Positions 34,687-44,606 of a stretch of DNA of 64,000 nucleotides are shown one piece after another (position 1 is the first letter of the stretch; every line of letters starts with the position of its first letter). Source of the stretch: Diplonema japonicum (taxonomy: Eukaryota; Protista; Euglenozoa: Diplonemea); the NCBI GenBank assembly GCA_964019335.1, contig OZ025658.1, positions 558,001 to 622,000 of the forward strand, in the 5' to 3' direction. A program made the position numbers and the translations under genes. The notes under the pieces were generated by a model. It did no database searches. It saw nothing but the letters and a program-made list of their open reading frames with translations, and was not told where the DNA came from.

Positions 34687-37600
34687 ATGCCGGCCGCCCT
34701 ATGGTACACATTAGCCATAGCCGTGGCCAGCGGAGTGGTTCCACCTGACGCCCAAGTTGTACTGTTTCGCAGCCCGCTTGGGGTTGCTGACAGACTGTTG
34801 AGGCCGCAACCCGAGGCACAAGTGGTATCGGGCAACGGTAAGCTAACACTACCAGCCGGCTCGGAGTGCGAGCTGAGGCTCCTCAAGGGTCCAGGCGTCC
34901 TGAGCGGCACCACAACAATCACAAGCCACGACAACACCACGTTCTCCTTTCAAGACGTGTCCGTAGCTGTGGTAGGTGTCTATGCAATAGAAATCACGGT
35001 AACAATCCCAGGACACCCCACCACCCTGACCACATCGGTAACCATCGATGTGACAAACCCCGTCCCAACGTCCCTCTCACTTGCGACGGACAACGGTATA
35101 TACGGATCAACGGCAACTCAATTCCTCCCACAACCGATTCTGAAGCTCACTGACCAGTCGGGTATTGTTACAAAGGATCCAGGCGGGCTTGCTTACTGTA
35201 TTATATCAACTAGTTCGCCTGTCGTCACGCTGAGCGGGCAGCGGAACCAAACGGTGATGGCTGTCGATGACGCCACATTTGCGTTCACCGATCTAAGTCT
35301 TGATGTGGTGGGCACACATACATTAATCGCAAATGTGACATTAACTTCCGGATACGAACTGTCGCATATATTTGTCGTGGTTGTGGACCAGGTGCGGCGT
35401 ATCCCGTCTAGAGCGGTGTTGGAAAACACACCGAGGGCTGCAGTGGGGAAGCTTTTCGCAACGCCCATCACTGTTCTACTGGTCGACTCTCTTCAAAACC
35501 CTGTTCCCGACGACGCCGAAGCTACGCTCACCCTAACCGCTGGCCCGCGAGGAAGCGCCATCAACGGGAAGACTACAATACGAACAGACGTCACTATGAC
35601 GAAGTTCCACTTCACTAACATAATCGCCACTGAGCAAGGCAGGTACGACGTTAAGATCCTGGTGACATTGTCCAGCGGGGTCGCTCTGACCGTTCCCATA
35701 CATTTCGATGTGATTTCCTCGGACCCTCTTCCTGCGTGTCTTTGCCAGCTGCAAGAGGCAAAGGGACGCGCGTCCGTTCCTTTAATACAACAGCCCGTCC
35801 TTGCGCTGACGAGCAAATGCACTGGGCTGTCCTGCTCCGACCTGGTCAGCTCTGACAACGCAACAATCTTTCTCCACAAGGAATCGGGGCCTTCCAACGG
35901 TGTTATCGAAGGACAGACATCCCCGCCGGTGGACTCGACAGGCCGGTTTAAATTCGAGAACCTTTTATTCACACAGCCTGGGTCGTACGAGATTACAGTA
36001 TCGACACGATTGTCCACAGGGGACTTGCTGCCCACGTTTAACACAACACTGTTTGTTGATGATGTGCCGCTTCCTACAGTATTGATGGCGGCGAGCCTCC
36101 CACGCCAGGCCGGGGTGGGGCAACCATTCGATCCCCCGTTGGAAGTAGAATTGCGGAGCATGGAAGGCATTCTTACTGGCGACCCATCGGCCGTGTTCAG
36201 CATTTACGTCATCTCGCAGTCGCTCGGTCTCATTGGAGGCGATCAGAAACCGGTGCCTGTCGACGAGGGGTACCACAGGTGGAGGTTCCCCGTTCTTTCC
36301 ATCCCGAAGATCGGGATCCACGTTGTAGCGGTGTCTGTGGCATTGTTGTCAGGCGATGTTCTGCACACATCGATTCAGGTTTTGGTGTCCGATACTCCCT
36401 TACCGCCAAGACGTGCGGTTTTAACAGAGACTGTGCCCACCTATGGGTCGAAGCTACCGTTGGCGATGACACCTGGTTGGGTACTTACCGATATGTACGG
36501 AAGGCTCGATGTGGAGGGGAATAAGAACGTCTCCGGTGTGTGTAGGTTCAGCAACCATTCAGGGCTGTTGACACCGCACGAGGACGTACCGCTGACAGAT
36601 GGAAAATGCATCACAACCGGTCTCTCCACCACAGAGCAGCTTCCCCCTAGTACGTTGGTCAACATTACCGTGCGCATACACCTTGCTGATAACTACACAG
36701 TCCTCACGGATACTGCACAGGTTGCGTCCGCTTCCTTCGGGTCCAACCGCGGCCCCAATTCTGCTCAAACCGTTATGTTCTGGCTGCTCTTAGTCCTCTT
36801 CACGTTAGTATCCTTTAGTGTCGCATTTGCCGTCTTCTCGTATCTGAAAAAGGACGATTCTTCAAAATCTGTTGATCTGCCCGACGAGCCTCTACTGCTA
36901 CACGAGGAACCCGACGTGATGCTTGAGAACCCTCTGCGGAGTTTGGAAGCACCGGAGATGAAGGAGGTCGGGGTTCAAACGGAAGTGTTGGAAGAAGAAA
37001 AAGAAGAAGACAAAAAAGAGGAAAAAGAAGAGGAGGAGGAGGAGGAGGAAGAAGAAGAGGAAGAAGAAGAAACATCCTTCTATTCACCTTCCCCCTCTCC
37101 TTTAGCTCAATTAGCTCCTTCGAAACACCATGAAGAACCCTCGCCAGCAGCACTCGTAACCGCGCTGGACAACGCGGAAAAATCATTGTCTCCTCCTGTT
37201 TCTATTCCTGTTCCTGTTCACCTTCAACGAGGCACGCCAATGATGTATGCGAACACCACCGTGGGCAGTGGTGTACCTAACTTGTTCACAACACCATCGA
37301 AGCATGCGGCCAGTCCATCGAGGTTGGGGATTTTCGATGGAGGCAGTGCGACCTCGGGCTACCGTGTAAACAGCGTGCTCGGCGCAGCCAAGAAGGAGCG
37401 TGAAACACAGCAAGTGGAGCTTGACTTTTGGAAGGATGCACTGAGCAACCTGCAATCACCTGAACCACCTCCTCTTCCTGTGCCTCCCCCTGTCGTTGCG
37501 CCTGTGTCATCGCCACCAGCCACTTCTGTGGAAAAGGAAGTCCGTGCTGCAGCCATGACACTTCTCACCGACATACTGTCCAATAAAAACAAACAAGAAG

Positions 37601-38262
37601 ATCACGAAAATAAGAACAATACTACAGCGAAGACTGTCTCTAACACGGTGTCTGAGCCACCACCACCACCGCCGCCGCCGCCGCCGCCGCAACCGGTGTT
37701 GTCACCATTGCCTCCTGTTGTGAAGCAGCTGTCAATGGAAACGAGGGTGGCGATGGGGAAATTTGCTATGCAAGCTGCAGCGGAGAGGTGGAAGGAGCAG
37801 GTTGAAGAAGAAGAAGAGGAGGAGGAGGAGGAGGAAGACCTCGATGAGGTTGGGAGCGTGAAGACAAGTAAGACGAGTATCTCAGTTGCGAGCAGTCGCC
37901 ACCACCACCAAGCACAGTTCACAGAAGCGATGGGGAAGCTGGCTGAAAAAATGGATGTTGTGGCTGAGGTGCTCACCCAGAGGCTCCCCGATCCTGCGGC
38001 GCCTGCACGTGACCCTTCGCTCTGTGATGAGCCTTCTAGCGTACACACAACACCTGCCGGGCAGCCCTTGGCCCCCATCCTGACCCCGCCCGATCCCTTC
38101 CCCATCCCTGAAGTAGTAGAACCATCGACCCAGAAGAAACCGAAGCGAAAAAAATCGAAAATTGACCCGATACCGCCCCGAACCATGCCCCCGAGTGCGT
38201 ACAGACAGAACGGCGACCCCGACCCAACAAGGAACATGCTGTACGAGCAGTTGTTGATGTGA
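34687..38262 (+). CDS. Type I membrane protein with repeated Ig-like beta domains and a Pro/Glu-rich tail
   Basis: Signal peptide; about 6 repeats with QP...L.D..G and F.F.DL...G.Y motifs; one TM helix near 36770-36845. Confidence 0.75.
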   Translation: MPAALWYTLAIAVASGVVPPDAQVVLFRSPLGVADRLLRPQPEAQVVSGNGKLTLPAGSECELRLLKGPGVLSGTTTITSHDNTTFSFQDVSVAVVGVYAIEITVTIPGHPTTLTTSVTIDVTNPVPTSLSLATDNGIYGSTATQFLPQPILKLTDQSGIVTKDPGGLAYCIISTSSPVVTLSGQRNQTVMAVDDATFAFTDLSLDVVGTHTLIANVTLTSGYELSHIFVVVVDQVRRIPSRAVLENTPRAAVGKLFATPITVLLVDSLQNPVPDDAEATLTLTAGPRGSAINGKTTIRTDVTMTKFHFTNIIATEQGRYDVKILVTLSSGVALTVPIHFDVISSDPLPACLCQLQEAKGRASVPLIQQPVLALTSKCTGLSCSDLVSSDNATIFLHKESGPSNGVIEGQTSPPVDSTGRFKFENLLFTQPGSYEITVSTRLSTGDLLPTFNTTLFVDDVPLPTVLMAASLPRQAGVGQPFDPPLEVELRSMEGILTGDPSAVFSIYVISQSLGLIGGDQKPVPVDEGYHRWRFPVLSIPKIGIHVVAVSVALLSGDVLHTSIQVLVSDTPLPPRRAVLTETVPTYGSKLPLAMTPGWVLTDMYGRLDVEGNKNVSGVCRFSNHSGLLTPHEDVPLTDGKCITTGLSTTEQLPPSTLVNITVRIHLADNYTVLTDTAQVASASFGSNRGPNSAQTVMFWLLLVLFTLVSFSVAFAVFSYLKKDDSSKSVDLPDEPLLLHEEPDVMLENPLRSLEAPEMKEVGVQTEVLEEEKEEDKKEEKEEEEEEEEEEEEEEETSFYSPSPSPLAQLAPSKHHEEPSPAALVTALDNAEKSLSPPVSIPVPVHLQRGTPMMYANTTVGSGVPNLFTTPSKHAASPSRLGIFDGGSATSGYRVNSVLGAAKKERETQQVELDFWKDALSNLQSPEPPPLPVPPPVVAPVSSPPATSVEKEVRAAAMTLLTDILSNKNKQEDHENKNNTTAKTVSNTVSEPPPPPPPPPPPQPVLSPLPPVVKQLSMETRVAMGKFAMQAAAERWKEQVEEEEEEEEEEEDLDEVGSVKTSKTSISVASSRHHHQAQFTEAMGKLAEKMDVVAEVLTQRLPDPAAPARDPSLCDEPSSVHTTPAGQPLAPILTPPDPFPIPEVVEPSTQKKPKRKKSKIDPIPPRTMPPSAYRQNGDPDPTRNMLYEQLLM

Positions 38263-38413
38263 ACGGGAGTGGGGGAGGGAGAAGTTATTATAGTTAGTTT
38301 TTTGTTGTTTGTGTGCTATAGAAAAGTCTCAATTCACCCCCCCCCCCCCCCCCACGTTTCTTTTTTCCAATTTTCAACAACAAAAAAGGTGAATTAAAAA
38401 AAAAAAAAGAACA

Positions 38414-39628
38414 ATGACGGACCTCCCTGCACTGCACAAGGATGACAAGGCGAACCGCATGCTGAGCGCGCTGAAGGGCGCGAACAGGCACGAGACGGTG
38501 CCGATCTGGGCGATGAGGCAGGCGGGGAGGTACCTCCCAGAGTACATGAAGTTCACGGAGGGAACGGAGTTCTTCCACAACTGCCAGACGCCCGAGAGGG
38601 CGGAGGAGATCACGGTGCAGCCGGTGAGGCTCGACATCGACGCAGCCATCCTCTTCTCAGACATCCTCATCGTCCCGCAGGCCATGGGAATGATAGTCCG
38701 AATGTGCCCGGGGAAAGGCCCTCAGTTCGACGCCCCTATGAACGTGTGCGGGGACATTTCTTCCTTAATCGACGGGCTTTCCAAGACATTCTCCAAGGAA
38801 CAAATAGATAAATCCGCTGAGCTTGTTCACGCACCGTCCGAACAGATCGGTGCTACGCTCGTCGAATCTCTCGCATACACCAAAACCGCATTGAACCGTA
38901 TCAGGAAGAACCTTGACGGGAAGATCCCTCTGATCGGGTTCACCGGTGCGCCATGGACTTTGATGTGTTATATGACAGAGGGAAGTAGCAAGCCTTCTTA
39001 TGCAGGTGCGAGGAGATGGTTTTTTGAAACCCCCAACGAAGCGAAGAAATTGTTGAGGTTGATCACGAACACGTGTCTCGAGGTTTTGCTTCAGCAAATC
39101 GGTGCCGGGGCGCAGATTATCCAGCTGTTTGAAAGCCACGGTGGGGAAATTACACCGGAGTGCTTCATGGAATTCGAGCTTCCGTGCCTCGACTTCATCG
39201 CAAAGACCATCAAGAAGCTCCATCCGGAGATTCCCGTGATTCTTTTCGCACGGAACTGTCTTCACTCCCTGGAACCCATTTTCGCTTCTTCTTTTGACGC
39301 GGTTTCTATTGACTGCAACACATCTATTACGGTAGCGTGCGAGCTTGCTAAGAAGTACGGGAAGGCTGTGCAGGGGAACCTCGACCCGTGTGTGCTTTAT
39401 GCATCAGAGGAAGTGATCACCACCACCACCCACAAAATGCTTGCGGATGTTGCCGCTGTTATGGGCACCACCCCTTCGGGAGCACCTGCTTCTTACGTAG
39501 CTAACTTGGGGTATGAAAAAAAAAAAAAAAAAAAAAAAAAAAGTTGGGGAATGCTTCCCACCCACAAACCCGAGAAGTTGCAGGCTTTCATCAATGCTGT
39601 CCACAGTTTTACTCAAAAGAAAAACTAG
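38414..39628 (+). CDS. hemE: Uroporphyrinogen decarboxylase; intron 39511-39543
   Basis: PIWAMRQAGRYLPEY, DAAILFSDIL, IGFTGAPWTL..Y, QLFESH, QGNLDP. Confidence 0.92.
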   Translation: MTDLPALHKDDKANRMLSALKGANRHETVPIWAMRQAGRYLPEYMKFTEGTEFFHNCQTPERAEEITVQPVRLDIDAAILFSDILIVPQAMGMIVRMCPGKGPQFDAPMNVCGDISSLIDGLSKTFSKEQIDKSAELVHAPSEQIGATLVESLAYTKTALNRIRKNLDGKIPLIGFTGAPWTLMCYMTEGSSKPSYAGARRWFFETPNEAKKLLRLITNTCLEVLLQQIGAGAQIIQLFESHGGEITPECFMEFELPCLDFIAKTIKKLHPEIPVILFARNCLHSLEPIFASSFDAVSIDCNTSITVACELAKKYGKAVQGNLDPCVLYASEEVITTTTHKMLADVAAVMGTTPSGAPASYVANLGYEKKKKKKKKSWGMLPTHKPEKLQAFINAVHSFTQKKN

Positions 39629-40383
39629 TAGGGGAAGAGGGGGAAAAAAAAGGGGGGGGGGGAAGATATATATGCCAAGGTTTTTTTTTCATTTCTCTTC
39701 TCCTTTCTTTTGTTCTTTCTTTCAGGGGATTGAGGCATACAATAAGTACATTTTTTTTTTCATTTGATATTTCTTTTTTCTTCCTTTTACAACTTTTGAT
39801 TGACTGCAGCATTCTTTTTTTTTTTCTTCTTCTCCTTGGTGCGGATAATAAGGGCCATGTAAGAGAGTTGCAAAAAAAAAAAAAAAAAAAAAAAAAAACG
39901 GGTTTATTTTTTTCTTATTTTTTTTTATCCAATTCCCTTCTATTCTTCCGCCGCTTTTTGGGGGGAATTTTACCCCCCCCCATTTTTTGTTTTCTTTGGT
40001 GGGGATAGCTGCTAACACCTTCCCATCATTATGAAGTTCTTCCCCTCCCCCCTCTTTTTTTAGGTACGACCAAATTCCTCAAAAAGAAAAGGGGGTGGAA
40101 TGGAAAAAAAAAGGGGGGGACGAGAATAACAAAAAAAAGACGGCCTCAAATCATGGGGAAATAAATAAAAAAAACACGCCCTGATGGGAGGTAACGAGGA
40201 AAAAAAAAAAAAAAAGAACCCCACCCCTTCCCCTCACATTTTTTTTTTCCCGCGATTTTATTAACATGGCTCTTTCTTCTTTTTTTTTTTTTTTTTTTTT
40301 TTTATAAATTACAAATATTATTATTTTTTTTTTCGGTATTATCCAAAAAAAAAGAAAAAAAGAAAAAAAAAAAGGTGGAGGAA

Positions 40384-42276
40384 ATGGGGGAGAGAGGAAC
40401 CCCACGTCATGTTCATTTTGAGAGTAACGAGGACCCAGCAGCCTGCGGTGTGGTGGGCGGGCTACTCACGCTCAACAGGCTGCGGGCGATCCCCGAGGAA
40501 GAGCGTCGAGCGTTGGTAAGAAGGATGCTCCTGAAGAAAAAACGACGGAGGTTGGCCGAGATAGCCGTGAACCAATGGAAATGGGTGGCTCGGTTCGGGC
40601 TGCGCCGAATAGCAGAAGAACGACAACGCGCAAAGGAGCTGATAGCAATGGCACACTACCGATCCCACCTGCAGTGGAAAACCCTGAAGGCTGTTCAAAA
40701 GTACGCGCTTTTCAAAAGAGAAACACGGGAAATCCATGCCGCAGACAGGTTCCACTCCGCAAAATGGTTTTCAAAATGGTCCCAGCTGACCAACACCCAT
40801 ACCACCGCACGAAAAATGGGTAACCTCTCGATTCTACATCGTCATCTTAGTGCCTGGTCCGTCCAGCACAAATCCTCAATCCTACAAGGAAAGCTTCAAA
40901 ACCGGTATTTCAAAACGTGGGTGAAGAAGTGCGCGCTCAAAGCCCGCGTCGATACACTGCGTGCGAAGACCGCTTTTTACAACCTCCGAAAACTCGTCCG
41001 CGTACGACACGAGGCAGCAGAAGCAAAACTTACCATCGCCGGTCAACATCACGACACCTTCCTGAAATGCAAAGTATTGAAAACATGGGTTCTATACAGG
41101 CGGGCCGGTTCACTTCGAGAGAGGAATTTGGTGAAAACCGCGTACCGGTGCCTTAATATGCACGCGGTCAGGATGGCCGAGCTCCGCAAGCTTGCGTTGG
41201 AACGAACTGTTGAGCGAAGCGTCGAAAAAAAAGTTTTTCGGATCTGGAGATCGTCGTTGCTGAACAGGACCGTGCTTAAAACTACGGTGCTGCCGAGGTA
41301 TTTCGCGAGGCTTCGGTGCAACCGGTGTGTCAAGGTTCTGAACCAGTACACCACCAGGGCAGTGTTGCTTAAAAGGTTCAAAACCTTGAAGAAACACCGG
41401 GAGATACAGGTTTTTAAACGTCACGTTACCAACCACAGTGTCTTGTACAGGTACGGCACGTGGAGGAGCTGGGTACTGAAAAGGAAGACGGACAAGGATT
41501 TGCAGATGAAGATTCAGCTGGCCAAGATGAAGCACTCTGCGGACCAGCTTCCCCATAACCTTGGCAGAGCGATGGCAAAGCCTCGCCCGCTTCCTAGAAA
41601 TATAGGGCCCTTGCCACCATCACCACCACCACCACATCCTCCTCTTTCGCAGCCTGTATTGGTAACTGCTGTTGAACTTCACCCCGTCGTCACGACGGTC
41701 CGAAAAACAACCCCAGATGCACAGTTCCGGCCGCAGCTGGTGACAACAACCGCTGCTGTCCGGTCTTCATCGTCGGCAAAACGGCAATTAGCTGAAAAGC
41801 TTTTCCCGCAGCTTGTTGCTGTTGCCGATACTAGTTTGATGTCTTCTCCCTCGGTTGGGGTGTCTCCTTCTCCTTCTCGCTCTCCTTCTACTTGCGGCTC
41901 GCCTGCTGGATCTTGCACTGAAGCACATAAGGGTGCGTATGAAAAGCTGGAGGAAGCCAACACGCTGCTCCAGGATAAGATCAAGACACTTATGGAACGG
42001 GTCGAGTTGTTGGAGGCAGAGAAGAATCAAACCCCGAGCCCGCCGCCTACCCCGCCTCAGAAACCCCCCTCAAAACTCCCTCAGGAAATATTTCACGTCT
42101 CTTCGCGACTGGCCACCTCCATGGTGTCGTACGAGGAGGACCTGAAGCTTGTGAAGGAACTGCTTCCATCGGACCCTCTTTGCGAGGAAGCCTTGGCGAG
42201 GATTTCAGAGCACGACGCGCTGAAAGAAAGGCTGGTTTCGTTGAGGCGCAGGGTCAGGGACGAGCTGAAAAAGTAA
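40384..42276 (+). CDS. SFI1-like Trp-repeat protein (candidate centrin binder)
   Basis: Periodic F/L..W motifs (FSKW, LSAW, FKTW, LKTW, FRIW); Pro-rich and coiled-coil C-terminus. Confidence 0.55.
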   Translation: MGERGTPRHVHFESNEDPAACGVVGGLLTLNRLRAIPEEERRALVRRMLLKKKRRRLAEIAVNQWKWVARFGLRRIAEERQRAKELIAMAHYRSHLQWKTLKAVQKYALFKRETREIHAADRFHSAKWFSKWSQLTNTHTTARKMGNLSILHRHLSAWSVQHKSSILQGKLQNRYFKTWVKKCALKARVDTLRAKTAFYNLRKLVRVRHEAAEAKLTIAGQHHDTFLKCKVLKTWVLYRRAGSLRERNLVKTAYRCLNMHAVRMAELRKLALERTVERSVEKKVFRIWRSSLLNRTVLKTTVLPRYFARLRCNRCVKVLNQYTTRAVLLKRFKTLKKHREIQVFKRHVTNHSVLYRYGTWRSWVLKRKTDKDLQMKIQLAKMKHSADQLPHNLGRAMAKPRPLPRNIGPLPPSPPPPHPPLSQPVLVTAVELHPVVTTVRKTTPDAQFRPQLVTTTAAVRSSSSAKRQLAEKLFPQLVAVADTSLMSSPSVGVSPSPSRSPSTCGSPAGSCTEAHKGAYEKLEEANTLLQDKIKTLMERVELLEAEKNQTPSPPPTPPQKPPSKLPQEIFHVSSRLATSMVSYEEDLKLVKELLPSDPLCEEALARISEHDALKERLVSLRRRVRDELKK

Positions 42277-42401
42277 ACGACAAGAAGAGAAAAAAAAAGT
42301 AGCTTTTGCTGCTAAATAGAGTCTAGATTATTTTCTTTTTTACAATTTCTTTTTGTAAGTACGTGCTTAAAAAAGCAACAGAAAAAGGGGGGAGGGGGAT
42401 A

Positions 42402-44489
42402 ATGTCGGGGAAAGCTACGGCGGACCTGCTTGAGAAAGGATTGGATGCCATTTACACTGCGGAGTTTCTGATGATCGTCGTGGGGGAGGACTTCGCAGAC
42501 GAAGGGAGGTCGAACCCGTTACTGTCAGAGCTCTGTACACCCGCGTTGCTCAGCAAACCGAACAAGTTCATGGGGTTCTGGGGAGAACTGCTTAACAAAT
42601 ACCAAGACAGGATGCCGCACGACGGCTTGGGTGTGTTGATGCGGTGGAGGGACCAATTCTTCAGCGCGCAACGTGACGATATGAGAAAACGGAAGCAGAA
42701 TAAGAAGAAGAACGAGGATGATGATGACATGAAAGCAAGCTTTCACAAATGTTTTGTTGTAACGGGGAGCATCGATGGGCATCTAATCAGAGCGGGGTTC
42801 ACTCCCGATCAAATATATGAAATGTCGGGGTCGGTCACGGAATGGCAATGCTCCGTTCCGTGTAAGCAAGAGTTTTGGACGGTCGCCAGAGCGTTTCGGT
42901 TTGAAATCGATCCCACGAACCGAGAAGCGAAACCTATTAAATTCGTGTCGGACGAGAGGAACGACGCGGGGCAAACTTGTTTTGTTGTAGATGACGATGA
43001 TGAACCGCTTCTTCCGATGAAGGCGGGTCCCCACGCGCATTTGCACTGCTGCACGCCGATTAGGATATATCCATCTCTTCAAAGGATTCCCCCAGGGTAC
43101 CACGACAGTTTCAAAACAGGCCTTCCAACGTCCGACGCAGAATCTCCCGAAGAATATCTATTCGAGCCACCCCCTCTCCCCGCCACCCCAACAGGCGAGC
43201 ACTCTGACACGGAACCGTCGTCCCCGACAGAACTCTACCAGATAACCCCTTACGAACCGATTCAAAGAATGTCGCATCGGCTGCAGCATGTTAAAATGCT
43301 GCAACGAAACGAATACACGTATCAAGAAGGCGTCTTCGCCCTCGGGATAGATCCGGCACTGGCCATTGAGCAACGGAAAGCTCATTTCTCGTTCATCCAA
43401 CCCTTCTTCAACCCGGAGGACCCCAAGCATCTCCCGTATTTCAAAAGCAGGCAGGCGAACATCACCTACAACATCAGTATAGTTATCGTAGATTCGAACA
43501 AGCCCGTCCCTGACGTTTCTGTGGAGCCTCTGTCGTGGGAACAGGGCAATCAAGGGATGTTCTTCTTTTCCAATGTGAAGGTCGAGTCGACCTATCAGGA
43601 ACCGTGTAATAAACGGTTCGTCGATGTCTTCCGTGTTCGGGTACCAGAGACGCGCGAGATCATACTGCCCACCTCAGGGCGGCTCTCCGTAGTACTCGAG
43701 ATGATCATAGGCCCCAAAGACTACAAGCGACAAAAGGGTTCGGGACAATCTCTTCCGATACCAAACCCGTATCGAAGATTGGCATTTCAACTATGCGGGG
43801 GTTTCAACAATGTTCAAGGTCAAACCCAGACTGTAAAGAGCGATGACGAAGTGTGGCACGTCTTAACAACCTCTGAGAAGACATTACACCTAATGCGGAT
43901 AGTTTCCCCAGCGAACAATCACTCTAAGATAGTGGGGTTCGAGTGGGAGATCGCTAACGAGGACGAGGAGCCACCCCGTCTAGAGGATATTGGGACAGTC
44001 AGGAGGATCGGGAAGCCGGTTGCGAGCGGGTACAAATCGAGCAATCTTTCGCGGAACACCGGGAAGCGCCCGCTTGCAAACCATCAGCTCTGCGTGCACT
44101 GTCACAACACAGCCCGGCCCAGGGTGCAAATGAACCCCAAAGACACGTCCCTCATCCCGATCTCTCGAAAACCTTACCTAGCTTGGGAAAAATGGGCTAT
44201 GGACCTAATGAAAACAGACGGAAGCCGTTTCACCATCCTCGAGCTCGGGTGCTCTAAAAAACTAGACGCGTGCCGCAAGCACTCGGAGTCCGTCTGGAAA
44301 AAAGTGAAAAACAGCGGCAAGGCGATGTTCCTCAGAATCTCCGCCGAGGAAATCGAGGCGAAGAAAGGTGCCGGCGGGTCCGGCGGGGGGGGAGGCGACC
44401 AGTTCATAAGCATCCAGGCCGACCCCAAGGAAATGCTCAAAAAACTCGACAGACTGCTGGCGGAGAAGGTGCGGAAAAAACTGCAGTGA
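42402..44489 (+). CDS. Divergent sirtuin (SIR2)-fold protein with a large insertion, probably catalytically inactive
   Basis: FWG...Y, TGSIDGH..RAGF, EMSGS...QCS.PC, C..C...ARP.V.M and LELGC match sirtuin motifs, but GAG, N and the catalytic His are altered. Confidence 0.65.
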   Translation: MSGKATADLLEKGLDAIYTAEFLMIVVGEDFADEGRSNPLLSELCTPALLSKPNKFMGFWGELLNKYQDRMPHDGLGVLMRWRDQFFSAQRDDMRKRKQNKKKNEDDDDMKASFHKCFVVTGSIDGHLIRAGFTPDQIYEMSGSVTEWQCSVPCKQEFWTVARAFRFEIDPTNREAKPIKFVSDERNDAGQTCFVVDDDDEPLLPMKAGPHAHLHCCTPIRIYPSLQRIPPGYHDSFKTGLPTSDAESPEEYLFEPPPLPATPTGEHSDTEPSSPTELYQITPYEPIQRMSHRLQHVKMLQRNEYTYQEGVFALGIDPALAIEQRKAHFSFIQPFFNPEDPKHLPYFKSRQANITYNISIVIVDSNKPVPDVSVEPLSWEQGNQGMFFFSNVKVESTYQEPCNKRFVDVFRVRVPETREIILPTSGRLSVVLEMIIGPKDYKRQKGSGQSLPIPNPYRRLAFQLCGGFNNVQGQTQTVKSDDEVWHVLTTSEKTLHLMRIVSPANNHSKIVGFEWEIANEDEEPPRLEDIGTVRRIGKPVASGYKSSNLSRNTGKRPLANHQLCVHCHNTARPRVQMNPKDTSLIPISRKPYLAWEKWAMDLMKTDGSRFTILELGCSKKLDACRKHSESVWKKVKNSGKAMFLRISAEEIEAKKGAGGSGGGGGDQFISIQADPKEMLKKLDRLLAEKVRKKLQ

Positions 44490-44606
44490 AACAAAAGGTT
44501 TCCCCCCCTTTTTTCAAAGCGGGGTTTGTTTTTTTTTTTTTCTCTTTTCATTTTGTATTGTATCAACCCCCTTGCTTTCCCCAATATTATACTCTCACAG
44601 CGTGTA

